DNA of 64,000 nt from Eledone cirrhosa. Its lineage: Eukaryota. This document shows positions 41,106 to 54,236 of the stretch, piece by piece. The DNA is taken from positions 38,378,001-38,442,000 of the forward strand of contig OZ024755.1 in the NCBI GenBank assembly GCA_964016885.1. Direction: 5' to 3'. The notes beneath the pieces are model-generated. The model was not told where the DNA came from, did not search any database, and saw only the letters and a list, made by a program, of their open reading frames with translations. The position numbers and the translations under genes are program-made. Every line of letters begins with the position of its first letter. Position 1 is the first letter of the stretch.

Positions 41106-41259
41106 ACATAATTATTTCATTAGATCTAACAATGATTTCTTCCAGAACACAATTTTAGGAGAAAGAGGTTAGTGTTGATTGAATTAATTCAAGTACAGCA
41201 CCCTCATTCTTCTTCTTCTTCTTCTTCTTCTTCTTCTTCTTCTTCTTCTTCTTCTCAAA

Positions 41260-42160
41260 CACTCCCTCCAGCAGGTCCTGTCAGAAGCAACTGTCTCTAA
41301 CTAATCCAACTGGATTCTACCATTTGGGTTTGCCCGTAAAATCTGTCCAGCGATTCTTTCCTGAGACATTCTAACCACATGGCCATAGTATCGGAGCTGT
41401 GATCTCTCAATTTGGAGAAGTAGCAGCTCTACCTGGAGTGACTCTCCAGTGATTCTTTCCTGAGACATTCTAACCACATGGCCATAGTATCAGAGCTGTG
41501 ATCTCTCAATTGGGAGAAGTACCAGCTCTACCTGGAGTGACTCTCCAGTGATTCTTTCCTGAGACATTCTAACCACCTGTCCATAGTATCGGAGCTGTGA
41601 TCTCTCAATTGGGAGAAGTACCAGCTCTACCTGGAGTGACTCTCCAGTGATTCTTTCCTGAGACATTCTAACCACATGGCCATAGTATCGGAGCTGTGAT
41701 CTCTCAATTGGGAGAAGTACCAGCTCTACCTGGAGTGACTCTCCAGTGATTCTTTCCTGAGACATTCTAACCACATGGCCATAGTATCGGAGCTGTGATT
41801 TCTCAATTGGGAGAAGTACCAGCTCTACCTGGAGTGACTCTCCAGTGATTCTTTCCTGAGACATTCTAACCACCTGCCCATAGTATCAGAGCTGTGATCT
41901 CTCAATTGGGAGAAGTACCAGCTCTACCTGGAGTGACTCTCCAGTGATTCTTTCCTGAGACATTCTAACCATCTGTCCATAGTATCAGAGCTGTGATCTC
42001 TCAATTGGGAGAAGTAGCAACTCTACCTGGAGTGACTCTCCAGTGATTCTTTCCTGAGACATTCTAACCATCTGTCCATAGTATCAGAGCTGTGATCTCT
42101 CAATTCGGAGAAATATTGGCCCTACCTGGAGTGACTCTCTGAGCTAGGCACTCTATCGAG
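41260..42160 (-). mobile_element. RTE-LINE 3' fragment with a 99-bp segment amplified about eight times (41352-42140)
   Basis: Unit translates to QVELVLLPIERSQLRYYGHVVRMSQERITGESL (RTE 'LRW.GHV.RM' motif). An unamplified relative lies at 52672-53020. Confidence 0.85.
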
Positions 42161-42697
42161 TAACATTACTCCAAATACACTTCAGAGGAACCGCATTTCG
42201 GCCGCTTGTATTCACGATCGTATCCTTTCGGTCATTACTCAAGATTCATGACCATAAGTAAGGCTTGGCACGGATACCAAAATGAAGATAGCAAGTCTGG
42301 CATTTACACCTACCTCCCTTCTTCTGATCACCGAATACTGAATCTGGTGCATTACTGCCCAACTCCTGCAATTCTTGCACTTAACAAAAAAAGTGAGGAA
42401 AAAATATTTCAACTCGAACCCAAGACGAGTGTTTCTGAAAATTTTACCAAATTGTGTTTATATGTAAACCGTCTCAGATTCGGGTAGAGACATTTTCCTC
42501 ACTTTCCTTTTCGTGTTTTCAACGATTTTGACCGCCAAATCCACAGGAAATTGTTTTTTTAGATATCGGAGGGGTAAGAACCTCAGAGCTTCCCATCCTC
42601 GCGGGGAAGGACCTCAGATCTTCCCATTCTCGGAGATATTATTACAATTTTTCCATCGTTTTTTTTTAGTGTTCTGAACGAACCTGACCTTCTAGAT

Positions 42698-43542
42698 TAG
42701 AAGTTCTCAAACTGTTTGGGTCACCGCCCTCCTCACGGCCACGTAATAACCTCAATGCCCCCCACCCTATTTCCAGAGAAACCTGCCAACACGCAAATTG
42801 TAAATAATATATGTAACTGAATTCTTCTATGTTTTACCTGGCGGAAATTCGAAATCGAATCTAAAGTTTCTCGCCTCTAAAACCTCCTATTATTAGGCCA
42901 TTCTTACCATTATCCTTTCAAAAGAATAACTATGATAAACGTATATACCACTTGACCTGTGACCCTAGTCACTTGACAGACGATAAGCAGATAGCCACTA
43001 TTGTTTCAAAAAGCACATACACATCCTTCTAGCTATAGTATTCTTATAAATACAATCGCTTCGAGATCCAAACCAGAGATAGTGGCTAACACAGACGACA
43101 GAAGAACCGTTCTACCAACACTATGGATTCTCTTCACGAATACAGTCTTCTAGCTACTATTCTCTCACATTTCTTACTGGCTCGACAGATAGACAGTGAA
43201 TTAGAGAGATGGACTGAACGCTACTACAGAAACCACGTCTGCTAGGGATTAACACACACACACACACACAGAGTAGGTTTCTCATCTATTGTCCCTTATA
43301 CACTTTGTCAATAAAATCGTTAATTTATATATAATAAATAATATAATATATACTATGTATAAATAAATATGTATTTTTTATTTTACTATATATTTTTTAT
43401 TTTACTATATAATATGTATAATTTAATATTGAATATACTATTATATCATCTCTACCGTCCTCTTAGGGCCCAGAGCCTCCCTGGACCTTCTCAACGACCC
43501 CCTTCCCCTGGAGGGCGGTAGCACCCACTTTGAGAACTTCTG
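42698..43542. mobile_element. hAT-type non-autonomous DNA transposon
   Basis: TIRs tagaagttctcaaa / tttgagaacttctg; 8-bp TSD ttctagat / ttctaaat. Confidence 0.8.
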
Positions 43543-44253
43543 TTCTAAATCGTCCGAAATTATTTGTTTTTTAGTTAGGTTGTTTTCTTAACCCTAACCC
43601 TAGCCTAGGCAGGCGTCATTGACTCGTTTTATTCAGTTGACATCACTTTCATTTTTAATTATATTTTGTAATGTTATTCTGAGAGAATTGTGAGCAATTA
43701 GTAATGTTATTTATGTTATATATATATATTATTTAATAAAGTTATTTTAATTATACGAGTATCAGTATGGCTTCAGGTGTCAATAGAGGGATTTTAAATG
43801 TTTAAATGTTATCTCAAATATTTCTCCCAACTTTTGATATAAAAAAAAACAAGTAATTTACAACAAATTCGTTGAAAATACACGAAAAAAAAAATGGAAA
43901 AGGTTTCAATTCGAACCCAAGACGGGTGTGTATGTAAAAGGTTGACCCCAATTTATATACTGAACATAGTTTACATATAAATATAATTTATATATTGAAT
44001 ATAGTTTACATATAAATATAATTTATATGATGAATATAATTTACATATAAATATAATTTATATATTGCATATAGTTTACGTATAAATATAATTTATATAT
44101 TGAATATAGTTTACAAAAGATAGAAATAAAGAGAATTCAAAGTAAAGTCGAAAGACACTACAAGATATGTTGGTGTTTCCTATGTAAATAATTTTGATAC
44201 AAACCAACAAACATTGCTATATGTGATAGTAAACCTAAAACAAAGCTGCCATA

Positions 44254-44497
44254 ATGGATAATAAATCTGTGTTTATGTTAAATAATCATAGAAACTATCC
44301 TTCTGTTCAATCATATAAGCTAGAAAATTCGAAACGAATAAACAAACGTCGAAAGATAATAAAGCTGAGATTCAATTATCTACACAGACAATTGCTCGGC
44401 TACATTAAACATAAATGTTGGTTATTATTCTATCTTCGAGTCTTGGTGTGTTCTGTGTGTGTTATTGGATTTTTTGATTCCATATATTCTGCTTTAA
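44254..44497 (+). CDS. Tentative exon 1 of an orphan two-hydrophobic-helix microprotein
   Basis: Good start context (gccataATGG), 81 open codons in very AT-rich DNA, hydrophobic stretch CWLLFYLRVLVCSVCVIGFF, donor A|gtaagt in phase 1. Confidence 0.35.
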
Positions 44498-44819
44498 GTA
44501 AGTCAACATTTAAAATATTTTCTTATTTGTCCTTGTTATATGATTTATAAATGTTAAAATGTTGAATCTTATTTACTGGTGACAACAGGCAAGAACGGAA
44601 CAAATTGAAAGTTATACGCTATTGTGATAGAGTGCCCAATTTTTTAATTTAATTATTTGGGAACTAAGGGGGTTGACTTTAAAAGGAAACCGGCTGTATT
44701 GTCAACTTTTATTTTATTTCAAATTGTATGAATAACATTACAAATTATTTATAATTCTTACAAAGTGATATAATATATACAATAGTTAACAAATATATAA
44801 GATTAAAGAAAACTATCAT

Positions 44820-44995
44820 CAATTCTCCACCAAGTGCGACAATCAGCCGCACATCTTAAGGGTCAACGGAACACTTTGAAGCAAGCCAACACATTGTCAA
44901 CATTACCACAGGTGATGGTGAGGCTAAGGTGCTGAAACACCCAGGCACCGTCACGGCATCGCCTGACACCTCAGTAAGGCGAGCCGCCAGCTGTA
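44820..44995 (-). mobile_element. Short remnant resembling the C-terminus of an RLE-type (CRE-like) non-LTR retrotransposon
   Basis: - strand QLAARLTEVSGD../WVFQHLSLTITCGNVDNVLAC resembles the L.QRLS.A.QRGNA motif; recognition only. Confidence 0.45.
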
Positions 44996-45085
44996 TTGTC
45001 AACATATAGTATTTTATTTTGATAATCAATGTGATGCAGTCAATTATACTAAAAGTAATGTTGTGTATGCATCTAAAATGTCTAG

Positions 45086-45323
45086 AGTCAGTCTCGAGCC
45101 CGGAGGCTCATCAGAGCTGGTGCTTATTCCGGTTTCCGTGGTGTGAAGCGACTCAGAGTACAAGACTCCCCTGGACATGACGCCAGTCCATTACAGGGTT
45201 AAACCCCCACCTATTGTTGGTACTCATTTTCAGCTGAACATACTGGAGCAAGGTGAAATGAAGTGTTTTGCTCAAGAACACGCAACCCAGCCCGAGAATT
45301 GAACCCATGACATTACAATCGTA
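45086..45323 (-). mobile_element. CORE-type SINE body (B box, core and tail)
   Basis: - strand gggttcaattctcggg..ttcttgagcaaaacacttcatttcaccttgctccag..cagctgaaaatgagtacc. Confidence 0.85.
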
Positions 45324-48300
45324 AGTCCAACAGCCTTACCACTAGGCCACGCACCTCCACATAGTCCAACAGCCTTACCACTAGGCCACACACCTCCACA
45401 TAGTCCAACACCCTTACCACTAGGCCACGCACCTCCACATAGTCCAACAGCCTTACCACTAGGCCACACACCTCCACATAGTCCAACACCCTTACCACTA
45501 GGCCACACACCTCCACATAGTCCAGCACCCTTACCACTAGGCCACACACCTCCACATAGTCCAGCACCCTTACCACTAGGCCACACACCTCCACATAGTC
45601 CAGCACCCTTACCACTAGGCCACACACCTCCACATAGTCCAACAGCCTTACCACTAGGCCACGCACCTCCACATAGTCCAACACCCTTACCACTAGGCCA
45701 CGCACCTCCACATAGTCCAACAGCCTTACCACTAGGCCACACACCTCCACATAGTCCAGCACCCTTACCACTAGGCCACGCACCTCCACATAGTCCAACA
45801 CCCTTACCACTAGGCCACGCACCTCCACATAGTCCAACAGCCTTACCACTAGGCCACGCACCTCCACATAGTCCAACAGCCTTACCACTAGGCCACACAC
45901 CTCCACATAGTCCAGCACCCTTACCACTAGGCCACACACCTCCATATAGTCCAACAGCCTTACCACTAGGCCACGCACCTCCACATAGTCCAGCACCCTT
46001 ACCACTAGGCCACACACCTCCACATAGTCCAACACCCTTACCACTAGGCCACGCACCTCCACATAGTCCAACAGCCTTACCACTAGGCCACGCACCTCCA
46101 CATAGTCCAACAGCCTTACCACTAGGCCACGCACCTCCACATAGTCCAACACCCTTACCACTAGGCCACACACCTCCACATAGTCCAGCACCCTTACCAC
46201 TAGGCCACACACCTCCACATAGTCCAACAGCCTTACCACTAGGCCACGCACCTCCACATAGTCCAACACCCTTACCACTAGGCCACGCACCTCCACATAG
46301 TCCAACAGCCTTACCACTAGGCCACACACCTCCACATAGTCCAGCACCCTTACCACTAGGCCACGCACCTCCACATAGTCCAACACCCTTACCACTAGGC
46401 CACGCACCTCCACATAGTCCAACAGCCTTACCACTAGGCCACACACCTCCACATAGTCCAACACCCTTACCACTAGGCCACACACCTCCACATAGTCCAA
46501 CACCCTTACCACTAGGCCACACACCTCCACATAGTCCAACACCCTTACCACTAGGCCACACACCTCCACATAGTCCAGCACCCTTACCACTAGGCCACAC
46601 ACCTCCACATAGTCCAACAGCCTTACCACTAGGCCACGCACCTCCACATAGTCCAACACCCTTACCACTAGGCCACGCACCTCCACATAGTCCAACACCT
46701 TTACCACTAGGCCACACACCTCCACATAGTCCAACACCCTTACCACTAGGCCACACACCTCCACATAGTCCAGCACCCTTACCACTAGGCCACACACCTC
46801 CACATAGTCCAACAGCCTTACCACTAGGCCACGCACCTCCACGTAGTCCAACACCCTTACCACTAGGCCACGCACCTCCACATAGTCCAACAGCCTTACC
46901 ACTAGGCCACACATCTCCACATAGTCCAGCACCCTTACCACTAGGCCACGCACCTCCACATAGTCCAACACCCTTACCACTAGGCCACGCACCTCCACAT
47001 AGTCCAACAGCCTTACCACTAGGCCACGCACCTCCACATAGTCCAACAGCCTTACCACTAGGCCACACACCTCCACATAGTCCAGCACCCTTACCACTAG
47101 GCCACACACCTCCACATAGTCCAACAGCCTTACCACTAGGCCACGCACCTCCACATAGTCCAGCACCCTTACCACTAGGCCACGCACCTCCACATAGTCC
47201 AACAGCCTTACCACTAGGCCACGCACCTCCACATAGTCCAACAGCCTTACCACTAGGCCACGCACCTCCACATAGTCCAACACCCTTACCACTAGGCCAC
47301 ACACCTCCACATAGTCCAGCACCCTTACCACTAGGCCACACACCTCCACATAGTCCAACAGCCTTACCACTAGGCCACGCACCTCCACATAGTCCAACAC
47401 CCTTACCACTAGGCCACGCACCTCCACATAGTCCAACAGCCTTACCACTAGGCCACACACCTCCACATAGTCCAGCACCCTTACCACTAGGCCACGCACC
47501 TCCACATAGTCCAACACCCTTACCACTAGGCCACGCACCTCCACATAGTCCAACAGCCTTACCACTAGGCCACGCACCTCCACATAGTCCAACAGCCTTA
47601 CCACTAGGCCACACACCTCCACATAGTCCAGCACCCTTACCACTAGGCCACACACCTCCACATAGTCCAACAGCCTTACCACTAGGCCACGCACCTCCAC
47701 ATAGTCCAACAGCCTTACCACTAGGCCACGCACCTCCACATAGTCCAACAGCCTTACCACTAGGCCACGCACCTCCACATAGTCCAACACCCTTACCACT
47801 AGGCCACACACCTCCACATAGTCCAGCACCCTTACCACTAGGCCACACACCTCCACATAGTCCAACAGCCTTACCACTAGGCCACACACCTCCACATAGT
47901 CCAGCACCCTTACCACTAGGCCACGCACCTCCACATAGTCCAACACCCTTACCACTAGGCCACGCACCTCCACATAGTCCAACAGCCTTACCACTAGGCC
48001 ACGCACCTCCACATAGTCCAACAGCCTTACCACTAGGCCACACACCTCCACATAGTCCAGCACCCTTACCACTAGGCCACACACCTCCACATAGTCCAAC
48101 AGCCTTACCACTAGGCCACGCACCTCCACATAGTCCAACAGCCTTACCACTAGGCCACGCACCTCCACATAGTCCAACAGCCTTACCACTAGGCCACACA
48201 CCTCCACATAGTCCAACAGCCTTACCACTAGGCCACACACCTCCACATAGTCCAACACCCTTACCACTAGGCCACACACCTCCACATAGTCCAACAGCCT

Positions 48301-49063
48301 TACCACTAGGCCACGCACCTCCTCATAGTCCAACACCCTTACCACTAGGCCACGCACCTCCACATAGTCCAACAGCCTTACCACTAGGCCACGCACCTCC
48401 ACATAGTCCAACAGCCTTACCACTAGGCCACGCACCTCCACATAGTCCAACAGCCTTACCACTAGGCCACGCACCTCCACATAGTCCAACAGCCTTACCA
48501 CTAGGCCACGCACCTCCACATAGTCCAACACCCTTACCACTAGGCCACACACCTCCACATAGTCCAGCACCCTTACCACTAGGCCACACACCTCCACATA
48601 GTCCAACAGCCTTACCACTAGGCCACGCACCTCCACATAGTCCAGCACCCTTACCACTAGGCCACACACCTCCACATAGTCCAACACCCTTACCACTAGG
48701 CCACGCACCTCCACATAGTCCAACAGCCTTACCACTAGGCCACGCACCTCCACATAGTCCAACAGCCTTACCACTAGGCCACGCACCTCCACATAGTCCA
48801 ACACCCTTACCACTAGGCCACACACCTCCACATAGTCCAACACCCTTACCACTAGGCCACGCACCTCCACATAGTCTAACACCCTTACCACTAGGCCACA
48901 CACCTCCACATAGTCCAACACCCTTACCACTAGGCCACACACCTCCACATAGTCCAACAGCCTTACCACTAGGCCACGCACCTCCTCATAGTCCAACACC
49001 CTTACCACTAGGCCACGCACCTCCACATAGTCCAACAGCCTTACCACTAGGCCACGCACCTCC
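45324..49063 (-). repeat. 39-bp minisatellite, ~96 copies of the SINE's tRNA-like head
   Basis: - strand unit ggaggtgygtggcctagtggtaagg(ct/gt)gytggactatgt. The last unit continues as ..ggacttacgattgtaatg.. into the SINE body. Confidence 0.95.
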
Positions 49064-49150
49064 TCTCTCTATGTATAGTTAAGTTATTACGTAATATTTA
49101 AGATATTTTCAAAATCAAAATATTATCAGTGATTTATTTATCAATTAAAC

Positions 49151-49492
49151 CAAGGTTCTCAAAGTGGGCGCTACTACCCCCGGGGAGGATCGTTGAGAAG
49201 GGCGGGGGGCACTGGGGCTTTAGGGGGAGGTAGAGATGATATAATAGTATATTAAATATCAAATGATATATATATATAGTCATTTAAAAAAATATATATT
49301 TACAATTTGCGTGTAGGTAGGTCTCTCTGGAAATAGGGTTGGGGTGGGGAGCATTGAGGGTATTATGTGGCCGTGATGGTGGGGTTGGGGGACATTGAGG
49401 GTATTATGTGGCCGTGATGGTGGGGTTTGGAGTATTGAGGGTATTATGTGGCCGTGATGGTGGGGTGGGGGACGAAAGTTTGAGAACCTCTG
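49151..49492. mobile_element. hAT-type MITE, same family as 42698-43542 but inverted
   Basis: TIRs caaggttctcaaa / tttgagaacctctg; perfect 8-bp TSD aattaaac on both sides. Confidence 0.85.
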
Positions 49493-49511
49493 AATTAAAC
49501 CCTCAATAGCC

Positions 49512-49713
49512 ATGTCTTTTTACTGCGTCTTGTTGCGGTACAGGATGTCTTACTACTACGTATTGTTGTGGTACAGGATGTCTTACTACTGCGTCTTGTT
49601 GTGGTACAGGATGTCTTACTACTGCGTCTTGTTGTGGTACAGGATGTCTTGTTACTACGTCTTGTTGTGGTACAGGATGTCTTGTTACTACGTCTTGTTG
49701 TGGTACAGGATGT
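49512..49713. repeat. 33-bp minisatellite, ~6 copies
   Basis: Unit gatgtcttactactgcgtcttgttgtggtacag. Confidence 0.9.
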
Positions 49714-49794
49714 TAAGAGTTTATATCAGAATTTCTGGTTGTTGCTGTTTTTTCTCTGTTTATGTGATATATTTATTATACTTCTCTTCTTTTA

Positions 49795-50083
49795 CTATCC
49801 TAAAATAATTAATATTTACCATCTTAAAATAATAATTAACCTTTACCATCCTAAAATAATAATTAACCTTTACCATCTTAAAATAATAATTAACCTTTAC
49901 CATCCTAAAATAATAATTAACCTTTACCATCCTAAAATAATAATTAACCTTTACCATCCTAAAATAATAATTAACCTTTACCATCCTAAAATAATAATTA
50001 ACCTTTACCATCCTAAAATAATAATTAACCTTTACCATCCTAAAATAATAATTAACCTTTACCATCCTAAAATAATAATTAAC
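49795..50083. repeat. 27-bp minisatellite, ~10 copies
   Basis: Unit aaaataataattaacctttaccatcct. Confidence 0.92.
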
Positions 50084-50101
50084 GTGTCTTTATTGTTTCA
50101 G

Positions 50102-50202
50102 ATGATTTCCAGTCTTTATTGGTGTCTGCGGCCCCCAAAGACTTTGCTTTAGTCTTCATTTGTTTCCTGTGGAGTTATTTAATAAAGCTTCAACCAAACT
50201 GA
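50102..50202 (+). CDS. Tentative terminal exon of the same microprotein
   Basis: Acceptor tctttattgtttcag|AT in phase 1 gives NDFQSLLVSAAPKDFALVFICFLWSYLIKLQPN*. AATAAA at 50258-50263. Confidence 0.35.
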
Positions 50203-50619
50203 GATTGACTTACCTCACTAAGCCCTCTCCTTATTCAACATATTACATGAGTTATACAATAAAAAACATTATAACATACTGTGATCATTATTAAACTCTG
50301 ATCTTTAGTTATACAATATAAATATTACAACAGATACGGTGATCTGTCAGTCCTGATATCACTTGTTTGATAAGGATTAAAGAAAATTATCATAATTGCT
50401 TGAAATGATGTAAAATCATATCATCTGTTGTAGATTGCCATCTACTGAAAATGAAAGACACCCACACTGTTCTTGTGGCTTTTTATGTCACATGTCAAAC
50501 CCATGCAAGCAAGAAAAGCGGACGTGAAAACGATGAAGATGATGTTCCTCTATTAAATGAAATGATAATGTTAACAATTATGTATGATTTATTGGAAAAT
50601 TATCAATAAATGTTTAATT

Positions 50620-50880
50620 GTGTGTCCAAATGAAACTATTGACCACAATGTATGTCCAGATGAAACTATTGACTGCATGTGTGTCCAGATGAAATTATAT
50701 CATCGCAATGTGTGTCCACATGAAACTATTGACAGTAATGTATGTCCAGATGGAACTATTGACTGAAACTTATGTCCAGATGAAACTATATTGACAGCAA
50801 TGTATGTCCAGATGAAACTATTGACAGCAGTGTGTGTCCAGATGAAATTATTGACAGCAATGTGTGTCCAGATGAAACTA
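50620..50880. repeat. Degenerate ~30-bp minisatellite
   Basis: Unit ~tgtgtccagatgaaactattgacagcaatg. Confidence 0.85.
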
Positions 50881-51073
50881 CATCATAGCAATAAATCGGA
50901 TATGGACAAAATCGTTACCAGACAAAGAAAAATGTGAACAAAATCTCGACTCCTTTTGGACAAAAAAAAAGCATAGGGAAAATAAAACAAAGTGAACATC
51001 CAGTTGACTTAAGAAACATTGAAGAAGTTTGAAATGTTTGTGAATCTAACGCTTTAACCACTAAGCCACGTGC

Positions 51074-51107
<34 letters not shown>

Positions 51108-51330
51108 ACACACACACTTACACACACACACTTACACACACTTACATACAAATACTTATACACACACAAACACACAAAGTACTGAACTGGTATTTTATTT
51201 ATTGACCTTGAAGGAATGAAACCCATTGTTGACCTGGACAGTATTTGAACTCAAAGTACAGAGAGCGGCAACATCAGGAAACAGTGTATCTGATATCACA
51301 AATCTTCCAATTTACCTATCATATATATAG

Positions 51331-52188
51331 AACTAGCTGAAGTACCCGGTAATACCCGGGATAGGTGGCGTTATTCGCAGTTCCCAAAGTGCGCCTGAAA
51401 ATGCTAGCGACACTGGGTACCCGTACTGGATTTTCAATAGCAACCTTTGCTAGGTGTGTTTATGGCAGATCAATCTTTTGTGTGGAACTATCAATAGTCA
51501 TAAGTCCTTCTTCCATCCAGCTTTCTTCATTCAGAGTGAATAAACCGGGGAAGTTTGAGTTCGAAGAGTATCGAACTTATTCAAAAAACATATGTATAAG
51601 AATTGCAAACTTACTGCCTTAGTGTTCAAGAGCAAACACAGAACAATTGAAGAAGTCACCGCAATTATTGAAGAAATTACAACAAAGTGAACATATTCAG
51701 GTACTTTTCAAGCACCCTGTATATCACCGTTTCTAAAGCCCTCCGAATGACTGAAGCATTTTAGTAAAACCATCCTGCTTTCCCCCTATAGTAGACATAA
51801 CCTGAGAAAACACACCATAATAAGTCGGATAAACAATCAGAAGTGTTGGCCCTAAAGAGGGCCTTGTAATGTTCACTGTTGCAAAGTGTCAATAATGGGG
51901 GAGAAGTTACATCTTCCTAATTCGTGTTAATCTTCCCACGATCCGACACCTCGATATATATCGATAAAATAAACTCTACTCTCAAAGACGCCATGTTACA
52001 ATTAACATGCCGGAAGTACGAATATTCGTCAACATACAATTTGGGTTTTATTCTTTGGACTAATCTCATGGTAAGCCAACTTCCAGGTCATTGATTATCA
52101 CACTCTTTTGTAACTTATCACCGATTTCTGCAGTTGACCTTAATGTGATCTAAACGTGTGCACGTGTTCAGAATCCATATCAGTGGAT

Positions 52189-52254
<66 letters not shown>

Positions 52255-52645
52255 CACAGAGACATCTTTTCAGTCGTCAACCAAAATTAGATTGTCGTCT
52301 GCTTTGTTTGAAATTTCTTTATGTATATTTCTAATAAGTTGCCTTGTTTTGAAGGACTGAGTTGTGAGAGGAGGGTTTAACATACAGTAGTAGTAGTAGT
52401 AGTAGTAGTAGTAGGATCTCCTCTTCCCCCTCTCTCACTGAAACGCCTTCTCTTTCGTTCTCCGTTGTAAAGATGTCCCCAGCGGTTCCATTATTTATTT
52501 TTATTGAAACCCAATTAGCCAGTCCTGTTTCTGAATATTAGCTTAACATGTGTGTAAAGTTTCATCAGGATCGGATCACTGGTGTAGGTGCCAACTGGTT
52601 ATAGACAGATACACAGACAGAAATTGCTATTTATATAGTCGATAT
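51331..52645 (+). mobile_element. Non-autonomous Helitron/Helentron-associated (DINE-1/Lep1-like) element
   Basis: 5' actagctgaagtacccggtaatacccggg; 3' gtgtaaagtttcat..gatcgg..acagatacacagacag..tttatatag. These termini resemble that class. Confidence 0.55.
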
Positions 52646-52671
52646 ATGACATTAATAGTACCTGTGATCTG

Positions 52672-53025
52672 TCAATTCGGAGAAGTAGCGGCTCTACCTG
52701 GAGTGATGAGCAGAGTATCACCCCAGGTAGAGCCGCTACGTCTCCGAATTAAGAGATCACAGCTCCGATACTCTGGACATGTGATTAAGAATGTCTCAGG
52801 AAAGAATTGCTGGACAGATTTTACAGGCAAAACCAACAGGCAGGAGACCCGGGGGTAGACCCTGAGCAAGATGGTTGGATAACATCCATGAGCTTGGCTG
52901 GTCTCGCTTGGAGATCCAACCGGATCAGCTGGAGATGGTTGCTTCTGACAGGACTCGCTGGAAGGAGTGTTTGAGGACTCTTCCCCCCTTCAAGACCCTT
53001 TCAGGAATAACTGTGAGAAGAAGAA
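52672..53025 (+). mobile_element. RTE-LINE 3' end
   Basis: QVEPLRLRIKRSQLRYSGHV, GRP*ARWLDNI, DRTRWKECL, (gaa)n tail. Confidence 0.8.
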
Positions 53026-53717
53026 TTAAATTAACCCTTTGTCACTGTATTTCTAATGAAAAACACTGCAGTTGATTTTCAAATTTGTAAAATAATGTAG
53101 TTAATGGAGGGATTTAATAAAACTTTCACATTATTCAGCTAGTGTTTGGAACATAACTTAACAAAGGTTTTTACGTAAAATTATGATGGGAAGTTTCTAA
53201 ATAATAAAAACCACTTTAAAATAAAGGACTGTATCATAAGCAGGGGTCGGTTCAAGCGGTTTGGTATAAACATGTTGACATCAAATTTTAGAGTGCACAG
53301 CTGGGGACAGTTAGCGGTCAAGGAGTCCATCAAGGGGTTGATCTAAAAGGTTTGTGGTTCCCTGATTTAGGTTATGAATAGGGTTCTGAACGAATGATGC
53401 GATACGAAGGTTGTTTGTATAATATTGTTTCTACTTTAGCCACAAGGCCAGTAATTTGAAGAGAAGGGGAAAGTCGATTAAATCGACCCCATTGCTTTAC
53501 TGGCACTTTATTTTATCGAGCCCCTAATGATGAAAGGCAAAGCTAGCCTCTGTAGGATTTGAACTAAGAAAGTAAAGGGTCAGTTCTGTTGATAGTTTTG
53601 TATCAAAAAGTGTTAACGGAAACATAAAGTTATCGAAAAAAAAGCAGCATTAAAAACCACAAACGCCAAAAATAAAAAGAAATAAGAAAAATGAAGAAGG
53701 TCTTTTCATTTATAACA

Positions 53718-53723
53718 TTTATT
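53718..53723 (-). terminator. PolyA signal of the Gly-rich peptide gene
   Basis: AATAAA ~90 nt after the stop, followed on the - strand by U- and GU-rich sequence. Confidence 0.7.
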
Positions 53724-53814
53724 TAAAGAATTTTTATGTTTTTTAACAACTTATTTCTACAGCTTAACATGTGGTATTGCGTTCTGAAAAATCCGATACA
53801 TAACATCTTTAGTG

Positions 53815-54096
53815 TCAATAGCCACCGTAGCCACCGTGTCCGTAACCACCATAGCCACCATGTCCAAATCCACCATTTCCAAAACCACCATGTCCGAAGC
53901 CACCACCGTGTCCAAATCCACCGTGTCCAGCTCCACCATGTCCGAAACCTCCATTTCCGCCATAACCTCCATTTCCGCCATAACCTCCATTTCCACCAGA
54001 ACCACCATAGCCAGCACCTCTACGTTCACGAACCAATGACTCGGCACACATTGCTACAGCAATCACAGCAAACAGGAAAATAGCCAGTTTCATCAT
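53815..54096 (-). CDS. Secreted glycine/histidine/aromatic-rich prepropeptide (93 aa)
   Basis: Signal peptide MMKLAIFLFAVIAVAMCA, short pro-piece ending in RERR (furin R-X-R-R), 67-aa mature part made of GGY/GGN/GGF/GH units. Polypyrimidine acceptor (tttttcctgcag) lies 16 nt before the ATG; exon starts at 54112. Confidence 0.88.
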   Translation of the reverse strand: MMKLAIFLFAVIAVAMCAESLVRERRGAGYGGSGGNGGYGGNGGYGGNGGFGHGGAGHGGFGHGGGFGHGGFGNGGFGHGGYGGYGHGGYGGY

Positions 54097-54236
54097 TTTC
54101 AGTTATTAGAGTCTGCAGGAAAAAATTAAAAAAAAGATAAAAAATTAAGGTCAATGAAATACACGGTCTGTCATTTAACCCTTTCATTACCATAGTTCTA
54201 ATAAAATACACTGCCTTTCATTACCATCTAATATAT

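Noticed and set aside
45272-49059. 1001-aa and 1248-aa ORFs (WPSGKGVGLCGG / VRGLVVRLLDYVE repeats)
   Set aside because: Translations of a 39-bp SINE-head tandem repeat; open in two frames only because the unit is a multiple of 3 and lacks stops.
53736-54083. His-rich and Ser/Thr-rich ORFs overlapping the Gly-rich gene
   Set aside because: Shadow frames of the low-complexity CDS; only the 53815-54096 frame has a signal peptide, cleavage site, acceptor and polyA signal.
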